Assembly (NCBI GenBank): GCA_000934665.2
Contig: JYFJ02001518.1
Span: 1-64,000 of the forward strand
Origin: Catajapyx aquilonaris
Lineage: Eukaryota
Direction: 5' to 3'
DNA: 64,000 bases
The notes below the pieces were generated by a model. It was given only the letters and a program-made list of their open reading frames with translations, was not told where the DNA came from and ran no database searches. A program made the position numbers and the translations under genes. Below are positions 1 to 12,800 of this stretch, in pieces; position 1 is the stretch's first letter; each line of letters opens with the position of its first letter.

Positions 1-235
1 GGGTCTCTGACCTGCACCAAGGAGGTGTCTGGCAACCTAACCTCCTGGGGAACAGCACAAGACCCCTTTACCGACATTGCACTTGCACCTATGTTCCCTC
101 CCCAAAAATCCCTATCCTTACCCCATGTCCTTTCATCCTTTCACCGGAGTTAGAAGAAAAATAGAAAATTGAAGGAAAAATGGTGGTATTCCACTCCCCT
201 ATAAGGGCCTATGGCCCTATCACGGGGAAACGTAA
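1..235 (+). mobile_element. tRNA-derived SINE family A, cut by the window edge
   Basis: Matches the body of the full copy at 61510-61905 (gacctgcaccaaggaggtgtctggcaacctaacctcctgggg...ccccaaaaatccctatcctt). Confidence 0.85.
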
Positions 236-259
236 AAAAAAAAACACACACACACACAC

Positions 260-557
260 AACAATAACAACAATAATAATAACAATAATAATAATAATGA
301 TAATGGATACCCCGTGATAAGCCTCCTTGGGCTTTTTAGGGGATCATCTTTTTAATTAACCGTCTTTAATCATTGCCTGTGCTGTGATGGATTTTGATAG
401 TGGGAGGAAACGGGAGAACCCCGAGAAAACCCACGCGAACACGGAGAGAACCCATCGAAACTCTATCCACATAAGAATCCTCTGTCCGATCCGGGGATCG
501 AACTAGGGACCTAGGTGGAAGGCTGCGGCGCTCACCACTCCACCACCGCGTCGCCCC
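260..557 (-). mobile_element. tRNA-derived SINE family B (V-domain-like) with (ATT)n tail
   Basis: Pol III A-box and B-box-like head (tggtggagtgg, gttcgatcc). Homologous copies at 17275, 18146 and 38811. Confidence 0.88.
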
Positions 558-815
558 TTTCTCACATAATGAGGCTAGTCCTGTTCAAATTTTGTTGCGA
601 TATCTTCATCCGTGTTAAAATTATTAAATAAATGCAGGGTAAAGTAGTGGGACACCTGTATTTATCAGTGAAAAATCCACTTTTCCTGCAACCACTTTTC
701 CTACTTTGGCTTGCTTAAGCTCTTTTAAAATGTCATTGGCATTGACAAACTAAAAACTTCAGTTAAGAAGTACCACTTAACATTGAGATAATTGCATAAG
801 ACACACATGCTTTTA

Positions 816-3800
816 CTAATCGTACCTGCTCATAACAACGGTTCCAGTATCATACCCCATGTTTTCCATTGTTGGCAATGCCGAGGCAGTGGAGGATGGC
901 AGTGAACAGGGAATTTCTCCCTCCTCATTGCTGTCATGGGGCGCGGAGTGCATAATGCGTTGTGACCCTTCAAATGATTCCTCAGGTGCTGGGAATAAAA
1001 TAATAGTAAGTAATAATAAAAATAATAAAATTAATACCATCATCAACAGCAGCAGATGAGAGCCAACAAATTGTAATGTAACCGCCTCCCCCTTCTACTT
1101 AATTATATTCAAATTAAAGGCAAATACCCACAGTTAAATAATGACAATGAAAACACATTCCAGAAACTTTTGACAATACTATCATCATCATCAATAACAA
1201 TGCAAATCACTCACCACTAGCATCCCTTTCATCACCCCCCACCATGTCCATGACAGCTGCAGTGGTGCCGACACATTCAGTGTCAGCAGCCTGCATCTCC
1301 CCAAAGGCAGCGGCAAAGTCTGATTCTGTGCTGACAGTGGCATCCTCCAGCCGTGTCAGGAAGGCTTTCATCTGAGCATCAGCAGAGTCCACAAAATCTG
1401 CATTATTGAAGTTGGCCCATCCAGATGATGCCTCCTCTCCAGCTCCCACAGTCATAACTCCCTCAGCAGATTCGGTGGAGCCACCCCATGGGTTGCCAGT
1501 ATCCATGGCCACAGGTGCAACTCCATGTGAAACTACTACTGATGAGACAGGCCAAGCTACACCAGTACAAGTATATTAAAAAATGCTTGTGAAAAATGGC
1601 TCAGCAGAGTCAGACTTGGACCTTAACCCCTTCGGCCCCAGATCGGCCCGAACCACACAGTTTTTGGCTTACGCGTACTCCGAAGATACGGACAAGATAT
1701 TTTGCAAATAATAACAGCTATACTTACGAGATCTGGGAAAACCCTATGAGTGTGTCTGGAACCATTTTACTCGTCTAGAAGTCCCTAAATTAATTTCCAA
1801 AAAAGGGCTATAATAACTCGAAATTGGACTACTGCCGCCCAACTTTTAGGCTGATTTAATTATGAAATCCGTGAAAATATGCGGAATAACAACCTTGAGA
1901 ACCATGCCAGACGAATTTGCTGAAATCGTCGTACTTTGTGAGAAATAAATTAATATCTATTTGCTGCTTTCTAGCACTTAGGAAAACTCCTCAATGAGTA
2001 TGAGATGAATTTTCTGAAATCGTCGTACTTCATGAGAAACAAATAAATTTGGGAGTTTTCCGAAGTTTTCCAAAGTGCCAGAAAGCCGCAAATAAGTATT
2101 AATTTATTTCTCGCAAAGTACGACGATTTCAGCAAATTCCTCTGGTATGGTTCTCAAAGTTGTTATTCCGCATATTTTCACGTATTTCATAATTAAATCA
2201 GCCTAAAAGTTGGGCGGCAGTAGTCCAATTTCGAGTTATTAAAGCCCTTTTTTGGAAATTAATTTAGAAACTTCTAGACGAGTAAAATGGTTCCAGACAC
2301 ATTCATAGGGTTTACCCAGATCTCGTAAGTATAGCTGTTATTATTTGCAAAATATCTTGTCCGTATCTTCGGAGTACGCGTAAGCCAAAAACTGTGTGGT
2401 TCGGGCCGATCTGGGGCCGAAGGGGTTAACATTTACCTACAGCAATTTTCATGAGAAACTAAGAATTAAGGTACAATCATTGGATTTTTCATATAGCATG
2501 CTTCAAAATAAACCAGCTATCAACAATAAAACAATCCAGGATCTTTTCATGCAATGCTCCTGAGTGGCACATGAATTACATGGTTGAATCAAGTGAAAGA
2601 GGACCAGTCAAATGTATGTAGCCTAGGTAGCGAAAAAATTGGAATGAAGGGTATGCCAGCAAAATCCCGAGTATCCTCTACCAGACAAAAATGTTCAGTT
2701 GATTTTAAAGAAAAACAGGGATCAGTGGCAATCCCGATGTCAAAACTCTCTCCAGGGGCGATTCCAGGACTCATCATCCAAAGGACTTCCCCTCAATTTT
2801 TCTATTTCAATGAAATTTGGAACAATAATGAAGAGAGCACCAATCAATTGATTTAAAAATTTTAGGGTCATTAGGTCACGCATAATTAAATGGGTAAGAT
2901 CCTGTAAAGGGCCGTAAAAGGCAGCACACATGTGGACAAACCACCCTATATCTCTAACTGCATAGCCCAGTTACATTTGATGGATGAACTTGTTGGGAAA
3001 GATGAAAGGATTTCGGTGATTGCATGTTCAATTTTTTTGAATCGAAATGACGGCATTTTATGTTGAGTTCAAAGTTGAAAAACGATATATTCGCTATCGC
3101 GCCGCCTCCTCCGGCTTAAAAAATATGTACCGTAGTATGTACTCCATTCTGCATTTTTCGCCGATTTTTCCAGAGTGGGACCTCCATTAGTTTCGCCGCA
3201 ATAAAATAAAACAGTCGGTTGGTGCTGGGTATGTGTTGTATGAAGTCATGAATTTTGCTAATGCTGGCAGGGTCGGGATTAACGTCCATGGCGGGATGCG
3301 AACATGTGGCATTTTCCCAACCGCCTTCGTGGCAGATGGATGACCCTGCCAGAACTAATGGAGGTCCAACTCTGGAAAAATCGGCGAAAAATGCAGAATG
3401 GAGTACATATTACAGTACATTTTTTTTTAAAGCCGAAGGAGGCAGTGTGATGGAGAATATATTGTTTTTCAACTTTGAACTCTACATTAAATGCCGTAAT
3501 TTCGATTTAAAAAACTTGAACATTCAATCACCGAAATCCGATCATCTTGCCCAACAAGTTCATCTATCATATGTAACTGTGGGCTATGCAGTTATGGAGA
3601 TAAAGGGTCATTTGTCTGCATGTGTGGGAATTTTTACAGGTTTTTTGCCCATTTAATTATGTGCAACTTAGTGAACATAATTGATCTTTAAAAATAGGAT
3701 GATGCTATACGCCTTATGGTGATTAATATCACCAAATTTCATTATGATCAAAAAATATGGGGTGAACTTTCTATTTTATTTTGCATGAACTGTCCTGGAA

Positions 3801-6800
3801 TCACCCCAGAGCAAAAATGGGTCCACTCTGGAAGCAAAGCACACGAAGCGAAAAGCCTGAATCAAATTTCTTGGTGTCAGGTGGAAAAGGGGCACATTCC
3901 CTTACAGTGGTTGCATGTACAGTGGTTGCATGTACAGTGCTGGCCATATATCGAGGCAACCGCCAGCGACATTTTTCCGAAGCGGCAGAAGAAGGAATCG
4001 ACGATAAGCATGCTACAAGCCGGGCGAGCAAGATTCCTTCTTCTGCCGCTTCCGAAAAATGTCGCTGGCGGTTGCCTCGATATATGGCCAGCACTGTACA
4101 AGAGCTTTGGTGGTGGTTACCTTTTGGAATATCGTCTGCTCTCACCCACTCTCATATCAAACCAAGTTTTGTCAGTGCGTTGACGAGACTTTATTGAAAG
4201 TATATGGATAGCATTTTAATTATTGGGAAACTAATCAGATGTGAATCCAGTTCACTGGTCCTTTTAACTTGACTCAACCTTGTGCAAGTTTTATTTTATT
4301 CTCCATAACTTTGCCAAGACACACAAAGATCCTTCAATACATTTGGTGAGGGTCACTTTCATCGTTCCTCACCTACTTCATTGAATGGTTATATTTTCCA
4401 TTCCTTAACTAAGATTACTCAATCTTTTGCATATCCTTTTGGTTCAAGTAATACTCTACTTCGTAATGATGCTCTGTAGAAGTTCCAATATGCACAGAAA
4501 TGATGAGTCCTTCCGACAACCCATAGCAGTTAATCATTTCTAATTCATAGGAGTTTTGAAAAAGTGGCATGTCCAAAGGCATCTTGCAGAAAAGTTGGAG
4601 AAACAAAGGATCTCCTTTGCCTTGAACCACCACAATTTTCAGTGGAAGTTATTCCTTGTATAGGAATATTATGTGAAAAAGTGAAACTTGGGTTTTTCTC
4701 TCTATCCCAGTATTACCAAAATCCGCAATTGGAATTTGAAATTTTGCAAGATTTTCTGATTTAAAAGAACCATGTGTCAGAAACCTTAGAACATTTTTAT
4801 TTATTTCAAGCAATGTTAGATGACACCCAACTTTTTACATGTGAGTTACATTTGTTCACGAAAGTGATATTTAACCCTGGAACCATTACGTGGGGCATTT
4901 TAAAATGCAGCGTCATGAGTGACCTTGAAATTATAACGACCTGAAACTCCCTATAATCCTCAAAAATACTTCCTTTCGTGGATCAAATCCGGTTTCATAA
5001 TTTTTCACACCTAGCAAAATGTAGATAAATCGTTGTTCTTGGACCCATGCTCTGGTGGGTTCCTGGAGTACCCCAAGTCACGGTTCCTGGCATACTCGTT
5101 TGTGTCAGTTATCATTGCAAGCTATATGTGAAGTACCTTCAGGCTGATATTTGCCTTTTATGCAACTCATACACCATCAAATCACGCACTCACGCTGGAC
5201 TAGAATTTCATTTTGTCACCCAACCCTGCACACCCCTCTTTACCAGTGGGATTATTGGAGAGGGCGGGGGAAAGGGCTTCTAATTTCGCCACAGCTACCA
5301 GCTTTGCCTTTTGATTGGCCACTACAAATATGAACTGTTGCCATTTAAAAAAGTGTATAACAGCAAGTGCATGTTTATTTTGAATTAGTGATCATTTTAG
5401 GCATTGTTAAAAGAATGATTGCATATAGTCAATACATTGAAAAGTATTATATAAAAATTAAAATATGTCATGGGGTCCTAAAGGACCCCATGTAACGGTT
5501 TACGTCACGAGTCCAGGGTTAGAAATCAATTCTTTTGTAACATGGGGTTCAATGGATAAGGCCTCTTCAAAGAGGGTAATGAAGAAGCACGATTTTGGAC
5601 ACATTAACACCATTAATTACATTTTAAATGAATAGCTGGCAACACAAAAGTCAAAATCTACCATTGCCAGAAACATTTAAATAAAAATTACCAATGTTCC
5701 TAGAACCCCCAATGATGATTTTAAAGTGGATAAAACATTACAAAATTGGAAACTTCAAATGCAGATTTTCGCAATACCTGAATTAGTAGAAGAAAACAGT
5801 TTAATCTCTCTCCTCCTTTCCTGTCTCTCCCTCTCTCTCTCTCCCTCTCCCCCCCCCCCNNCCCCCCCCCCCCCCCCCCCCCAAACATTACTTAAGAACA
5901 ACTCATCAAGTATTGTGGCAGTTCACGGTAAAAGCAATCCTGCAACAACTCAGAATTAGGAGGCTGCTAGAATCAAACACTGAAATTTTTTTGAATCACA
6001 TGATTGGAAGGTGTAATTTGAACCGAATTTGGTCGCACACATTTTTCTAGGTATTTTAAGGTCTGGAAGAAAATAAAAGCAAAGATAAAAAAAACCATAA
6101 TCTACTGACCATCACTGGAGTCGACATCCATCTTTGTAACCTCTTGTGACCGTCTCTCCCTATCTTCTTCCTCGTCCTCCTCGTCCTCTTCATCATCTCC
6201 AGTAGCGCTGATCACTCTAACTTCATCTTCTTCATCTGAACTGCTAGCTTCCACTCTCTGGTCATTTCCTCGCCTGGAATGAATCGGATGCAATGCATAT
6301 GGTCAGCAGTAAAATTCCATTCAGTTTCCCTATAAAAATGAGTAATAGGTCAAGCTGCTTTTCCTACCTAAAACTGTCCTAAATTCCATAAGTGATAAAC
6401 CAATTCCCCAATATTTTGAGTGGAAGTGAGGCTGGTTTTTTTCAATTACAACCACTGTCATATCCTCATAAAATACGTGGGAAATCACTGACACTTTTCA
6501 AGTCGAAATGACTGTTTTCAGTGGAAAAAAAACACCTTTCCCCCATTTATGATGAAGTGAAAAAATTATCCATTTTTCCACTTTAATATCTTCACAGGAA
6601 AACGTGTTACCGAGACATGGTTTGTACCAGTAGAGAGAGCTTGAAATGGCCAGTCCATTGGTGGCCTACCAGTAAAAACTCCTTTTCCCCTTATAAATAC
6701 AAGTGGAAACTGAACATGAATATATTTATTTTATTTTATTTATTTGTGCTACCCTGTGATAGAGCCCTCGGCTCTCTTACCACCATATTTTCTTATGAAT

Positions 6801-9800
6801 TTCTTTACATATTTACTTCAGTCTCCAGTACAGGGAATCAAGGACATTGGGTAAGGATAGGGATTTTTGGGGAGGGGACATGGGTGCATGTGCATTGTAA
6901 TTATGTGTGGGTCATGTGCAGTCCCCCAGGAGGTTATGTTGCCAGACACCTCCAAGGTGTGGGTCAGAGACCCTCGCCGGCGCAGGTGAAATGGAGCTCC
7001 CAGGCGGGGATCGTACCTGGGACCTTTCGCTCAGCAAGCCGAGACGTTACCATCTCGGCCACCACACCTCCCCAACTGAACAAGAATCTAGGTTCAGTAC
7101 AGAAAAGACCCTAATCACATACTGAAGCGTCATGTAAAAATCATGTAACTCAAGACACCGAGTTTACTTGTAGGCCATCAGTGGACTGGCCATTTCAAGC
7201 TCTCTCTAGTGGTACAAACCATGTCTCTGTAACACATTCTCCTGGGAAGATATTAAAGTTTATCAAGTATGATTTATGCAAGATCACTAACTTTGAAGTG
7301 CAATATCTCAAAATGGCCAAATCCAACCCACTTGGGGCCGAATTCAGAGAGGTTGCTTAACGTAAACGCGCCCGATTAAATCCTTTAGTCATCCTCGATT
7401 AGCAAATTTAAAAGTGCTAGCAAGTGCAATTAGGGAGCGTTTAGCGCTAATCGCCGTCTTTGCATTAGCAGGTTGATTAAATTTACTAATCGAGGCTGAC
7501 TAAAGGATTTAATCGGGCGCGTTTACGTTAAGCAACCTCTCTGAATTCGGCCCTTGGTTTTTATATGAGGCTCCAGCATAGTCCTCTAGGATACATACAC
7601 GGTGTTCCAATATGGATTCCAAATTGGGTGTCTTTCAGTTATAAAAACTGCAGTAGTAAGGTGCTATTATTAATCCTCCAGATACCATGTGTATATGTGC
7701 ATTGGGAGATAGTGGTTTCAGCAATTTTCAAAATCAAATCCTCTTCTATGGGTATGCTGCCAGTGACATACACCAGAGAAAACTCGCTGCATCATCAAAG
7801 GCTTCAAATGAACAAACCTGGATTGGTCCATACTCTCGATGGTGAGTTCCTTCTCCTCCCAAATGTCCTCATCTGAGTCATCAAAGGAGCGAGCCTTTTC
7901 AGAGCACATTTGCTCAAACATATCTGTCTGGCGTGAGTTCTCCAGGGAGCTGCTCAGGTTGAAGGATATCGTTGTCAGGCGGTCAATTGGAGTGCTAAAA
8001 TATCAGGTAAAATCAATGGTCAACAAGATTTTTTCCCCCCTCCCTCTGTTTTCAAAGTGCAAGTTTAATGTAGTTCCTAACTGCATTAAACCATCATAAG
8101 CCGTAAATGCAGGGTGTTCCAAAAGTAGGCATCCAATTGACACGAAATACCTTTTGAGTGGAGAATGATACATTTATATGAAACCAATTTTTCTTGTAGG
8201 TGATCAAGTAGGGTATCAAGTTGTTATGTAGAGGTGTTGACTGTGTGATTGTTACTTGTCATAATCCAAGTATACTATCAGCATGAAATATCATGTCCAC
8301 GAGAAATCAGAACCCACACTGACAGGGATGATCTACCCACTGAAATAAAGGATCTTACTGGTTTAGTATTAATCAAGACCTGACTGACATCAACATTCCA
8401 CAAGATGGGGCCTTGTTTCACAAGGGCATGAAAGAGGGTTTATATGCTGCAGCTGGCTAAAACCCTCCAGCAACTGAAAGAGTGGGATCATTGTTGTTGT
8501 GCAAAGACAAAGTATGGATTAAGGCATGCTACAGGGTGCTTGGCAGAAAATTTTGTCCTGCTTGAATACTCGACTAGTGACAAGAATAAGCTACAAGCAA
8601 TACCTCTAGATCAAATCCTGGGAGTGTGCAGCCTAAGTGTGAAATTGGTTTCATGTAAATATCACTTTCCACTCAAAAGTTACTCCATGCCAAAATGGGA
8701 TACCTATTCTTGAAATGCCCTGTATGGATGCATTGCATTGCAAGTACTGTATAGTACATGTATTGAATTACATGAACTGAAGTTCAAAAGGCTTAAACTT
8801 ACTGATTGTTAAGTTGGCAAAGATTTACTCAGCTTAATCCTAGAATGAGAAACTGACTTACTGCAAGCCATCCTCGCCATCGTTGAACTCATCATCATTG
8901 AAGCCAAACTGCTCAATGAAGTGTGGTGCCATCTGCTGCATCTGGTAATCAGAAAAAGCCTGTAAGGCATAAAACTGTAACTTTGGTGCCAACTGGTGCT
9001 GAGAAACACTAAATTAACAAAATAAAGTAATTCATCCCAGCAAAATAAAGTAATAATTCATCCCAGCAAAATTTTGTGGTCAACTCTCCCCTCTCCCCCC
9101 AACATTATGATGGGTTCCTGCTGAATTCATTATGAACACCATTCTTGGAAATAACACTTCAGACACTTCCATTGTGTTTGACTATTCTCTGAGACGGCGT
9201 CATGATCCTTAAAATAATCCCATCTTGCATGAGTAGTATGAACATAATGCATAATTTTATGTGGTACAGTGTTGGACATAAATCGAGGCATATTGCTAGA
9301 GACATTTTCCGAAGTGGCAGAAGAAGGATCTTGCTCGCCCGGCTTGCAGTATCCTCATCTTAGATTCCTTCTTCTGCCACTTCGGAAAATGTCTGTAGCA
9401 GCACGCCTCGATTAATGTCCAACACTGTACCTTACACAAATTCTACTTGCCCAACCTAACTGTTGGGAGCACGGACTAGGTATCTCAGGACTGGTCACTC
9501 CCCCTCATAACATGTTGGGAGGCTGACAGGGAGGTAATGCAGTACGGAACCACAGGCGGTGCGCTGATCAGGACCTAGACCGAAGAGAAGCACATCGCGT
9601 TGATGCCATCAATGACTAGTTGACTAGTTTGAAGAAGACGCGCTTAAGGCCCAGCAGCTCATTGGTTTAAATAAGATGGGATGTGCTTCTCTCTGGTCTG
9701 GGTCCTGATCAGTGCGCTGCCTGTGGTTCCGTACTGCATTACCTCCCCATTTCCCTCCCAATGCGATAAGGGGGGGAGTGGCCAGTCCTTAGAAATCTAG

Positions 9801-12800
9801 TCCATGGTTGGAAGCCACAACAGGAGATATCAGCCATTTTATTTTGTTTCTACTAGATTTTGCCAACCACAATGTTTTGCTGGAGAAACCATGCACAAGA
9901 ACAGCTGAGTGAGTGTCCTCGTGAGTGAAGAGAAGAATCAGATAATATCTAGCGATATTCATCGAGGCTCTCGAATCCTCTATCCATGTTTGCATCACTT
10001 TCCTCTCTCCAAACACTGCATGAAAAGCAGAGTATTGCACAAAATTTCAATGCAGAAAATAACAGTGGCGCATATGAGTCATTGAATTAATGTACATTAA
10101 TGTAGATGTACAGTCTCGTTCATAAAGAATCGCATATACTCTATGGACGAAATGTTTATCCTGATTATCCAGCATTATTCCCAACCTTATTTCAACGAAA
10201 CCCTATGGACAACCGTTACTGGACCTCTGGTGACCCGTATGACCCATCCCAATTTTAAAATAAAATTTTGAATTACCAAAATGTTCAACCAGGTGCAATG
10301 CTTACATAGATTTGATGTGAATTTCCCCCCTAAAATTTTCCTACTTTGTTTTCTTCTTCTCTTTATTATTTCATTTTGATTCCCCTTTCCCAGACTTCCT
10401 CATGGCCCCTAAAACATGCTGGCGACCCAGGGGTTCAGAACAGGATAAACACTTCGTCCATATAGAGTCGTACCATTCTTTATTTACGGTACTGTACTGT
10501 ATAACTCAACAAGAATGAGACCAGCACTCTTACCAGCAGAAATGGCACTTCTAAAGCAGAGGGGAAAACCCATCTTTTTGAGCAATATAGTTCATGAATT
10601 AATATTAATTTTTGCAACCATAAAAATTGTCCATCTATCATTTTAGCAAAGAACTAAAAAAAGGCTTCAAACACATGAAGTTTGAAAAAGTTTATTTTCA
10701 CATCCAAATTTCTCAGCTGGGGATCTAAGCAGGCAAAAACTTAGTGTATTCTTCCCATCCAGTATTACAGTGAAACCTGTACATAGCGGAATCAGACGGG
10801 ACCCCAAAAATTTTCCATAATGGACAGATAAAGGACGTTTCTGCGATATTTGGCTGGGGGGGGGGGTGGGGCAGCAAAAATAAACACTACACCTTACCTC
10901 AATAATAATAATAATTCATACCCCGTTATCAGCCTATCGGCTCTTTTAGGGGGGAAGTTTTTGTTTTGCCTAGAACTCTTTGCTTTCATTTTACTGCGCT
11001 TTTTGGGATAGGATAGGAGGGACGGAAGGAAGCGGCTGTGGCAACTCAGGAATTTTCCTGGAAGGACCGTGCAAACCCACAGAAAACCACGGTCGGAGTT
11101 GCCGGCCCCGGGATTTGATCCCAGGACCTCCCGATTAGCAGTCGGACACTATATCCCCTACTCCAAACTGCTTCGGTCACCTTACCTCAATATGATGCAA
11201 GATGAGCAATCCGTTGAGCTAAGATCAACCCCTACCTCTTCCCCGACATTTTAACACTGGACTGAACCATGAGGTCAGGAGGCCACCTACGTTATTTCAC
11301 ATGAGTCACAATCTTCTTTGCCCCCCAACAAGCCGGTTTTCCAACCAGAAATAGTCCCCCTTTCCTCAAAAATATATTCCAAGGCTGCAGTGGATAGCAA
11401 TTCCAGAAATTACTAGACACTCGTGGTCCAAAAAGGGTTACTCAGAGGCCACCTGGAATTGCTGACAGTGAACCCGGCTGTAGTTTCTATTTTTGTGACT
11501 TGCAGGTGATAATTCGTTATGAACAGGGATTTTCTCTGAAGAGAGCCAAAAACCCCTTCCGTTTCCGCATTGGGCAGGTTACGTTATATCCGTCAAAAAA
11601 TACATTGCATGCCCTATGCATATGCCTGTTCCCGGAAAAAATTCCGTAATGGATAGGTTTCCGCTATATCCAGGGTCCGTTATGGGCAGGTTTCACTGTA
11701 TTAGAAACAACCTTAAAAAATTAACGCAACTGGAGCAAACAACGATCTTGCAATGGATCCTTTGTTTGATACATGTTGTAGCCTATGGATTAAGGGAATA
11801 ATGAATCAACTCACATGCTGAAACGTGGTGTCCTGAGAGAATGGAATGTCCCGGAAGTCTGCCTCTTCATCCTCTGAGTTAGACACAATAGGCCTGGCTC
11901 CTCCCTGAAAATCAGGTGTACTTATTGCCACCTTATTCAATATGCTGAAAGAGAGCAACAGTGTCTGAATTCTCACCAGAGTGATTTGGTTCTTCTTGTT
12001 AATCTCCGCAAGAACATTTGAGGAGAAGGCTTCCCACTTTTGCCTCAACTCCTCTGGCATAAGCCCCAACTGCTGTTGTAGGAGGGCTGACCATGGGCCA
12101 CTCTCCATGGCTTCTGCTAGATCATTGGCCATGCGTGTTACATGCCCCATGTAGCCCTTCCGGTGACCACCAGGCTTCACTCTGGAAGTGGTAGCAGTAA
12201 TGCTATGTAGAAAGGTGCCTTCAGATGGTGAATGCAGTAAAATCCCAAAACGAACTCAGACTAGAGGAAATTCATATGTGACACTAAAACACTTTTGCCA
12301 ACTCAGATTGCTGTAAAATGGCACTCCTGAGAAAAAACTCGAGCTACAAGATCACTTTTGAACCTGGGGAATGGTTGCTGAGTTTGTTTGCATTGTCAGG
12401 GGATTACTAATCAATCACATTTCCATTGTTGCCCTTCAGACGGTCAACTTGGACAGTGTCGCCTGGTACATATACAGGGTGTTCCAAGTATCTGGTTCAC
12501 TTTTGGATAACGGCTATAGAGTGATAGCATCTATTTTTTTGTAGCTTGTCGTGCCCCAATTCAGTTGCCTCATTCCAACCCCCACTTGCAACTCCCTACA
12601 TTGGGGGACCCAACATGGACGCCGGCGGCCATGTTGGGCCTGCATGTAGCGCTTCCCTTTCGTACCTATAAAGTTCAGCCTAGTCCGGTAGGGTCGCCAC
12701 TTATCCGGAGACTCCGGATGTCTCATGGTGCTCTCAGGTGAGCACCCCCTGCAAAATGCCTCGGCAGGGGCTGGGTGGGAGTGACCAGACCTTACTTATA

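Noticed and set aside
3716..4197. Overlapping ORFs on both strands with mirrored peptides
   Set aside because: An artefact of the palindromic MITE and a 15-bp tandem repeat (tacagtggttgcatg).
5840..5882. Poly-Pro ORF or G-quadruplex at poly-C runs (also near 63100)
   Set aside because: The runs contain N bases, so their length is an assembly uncertainty.
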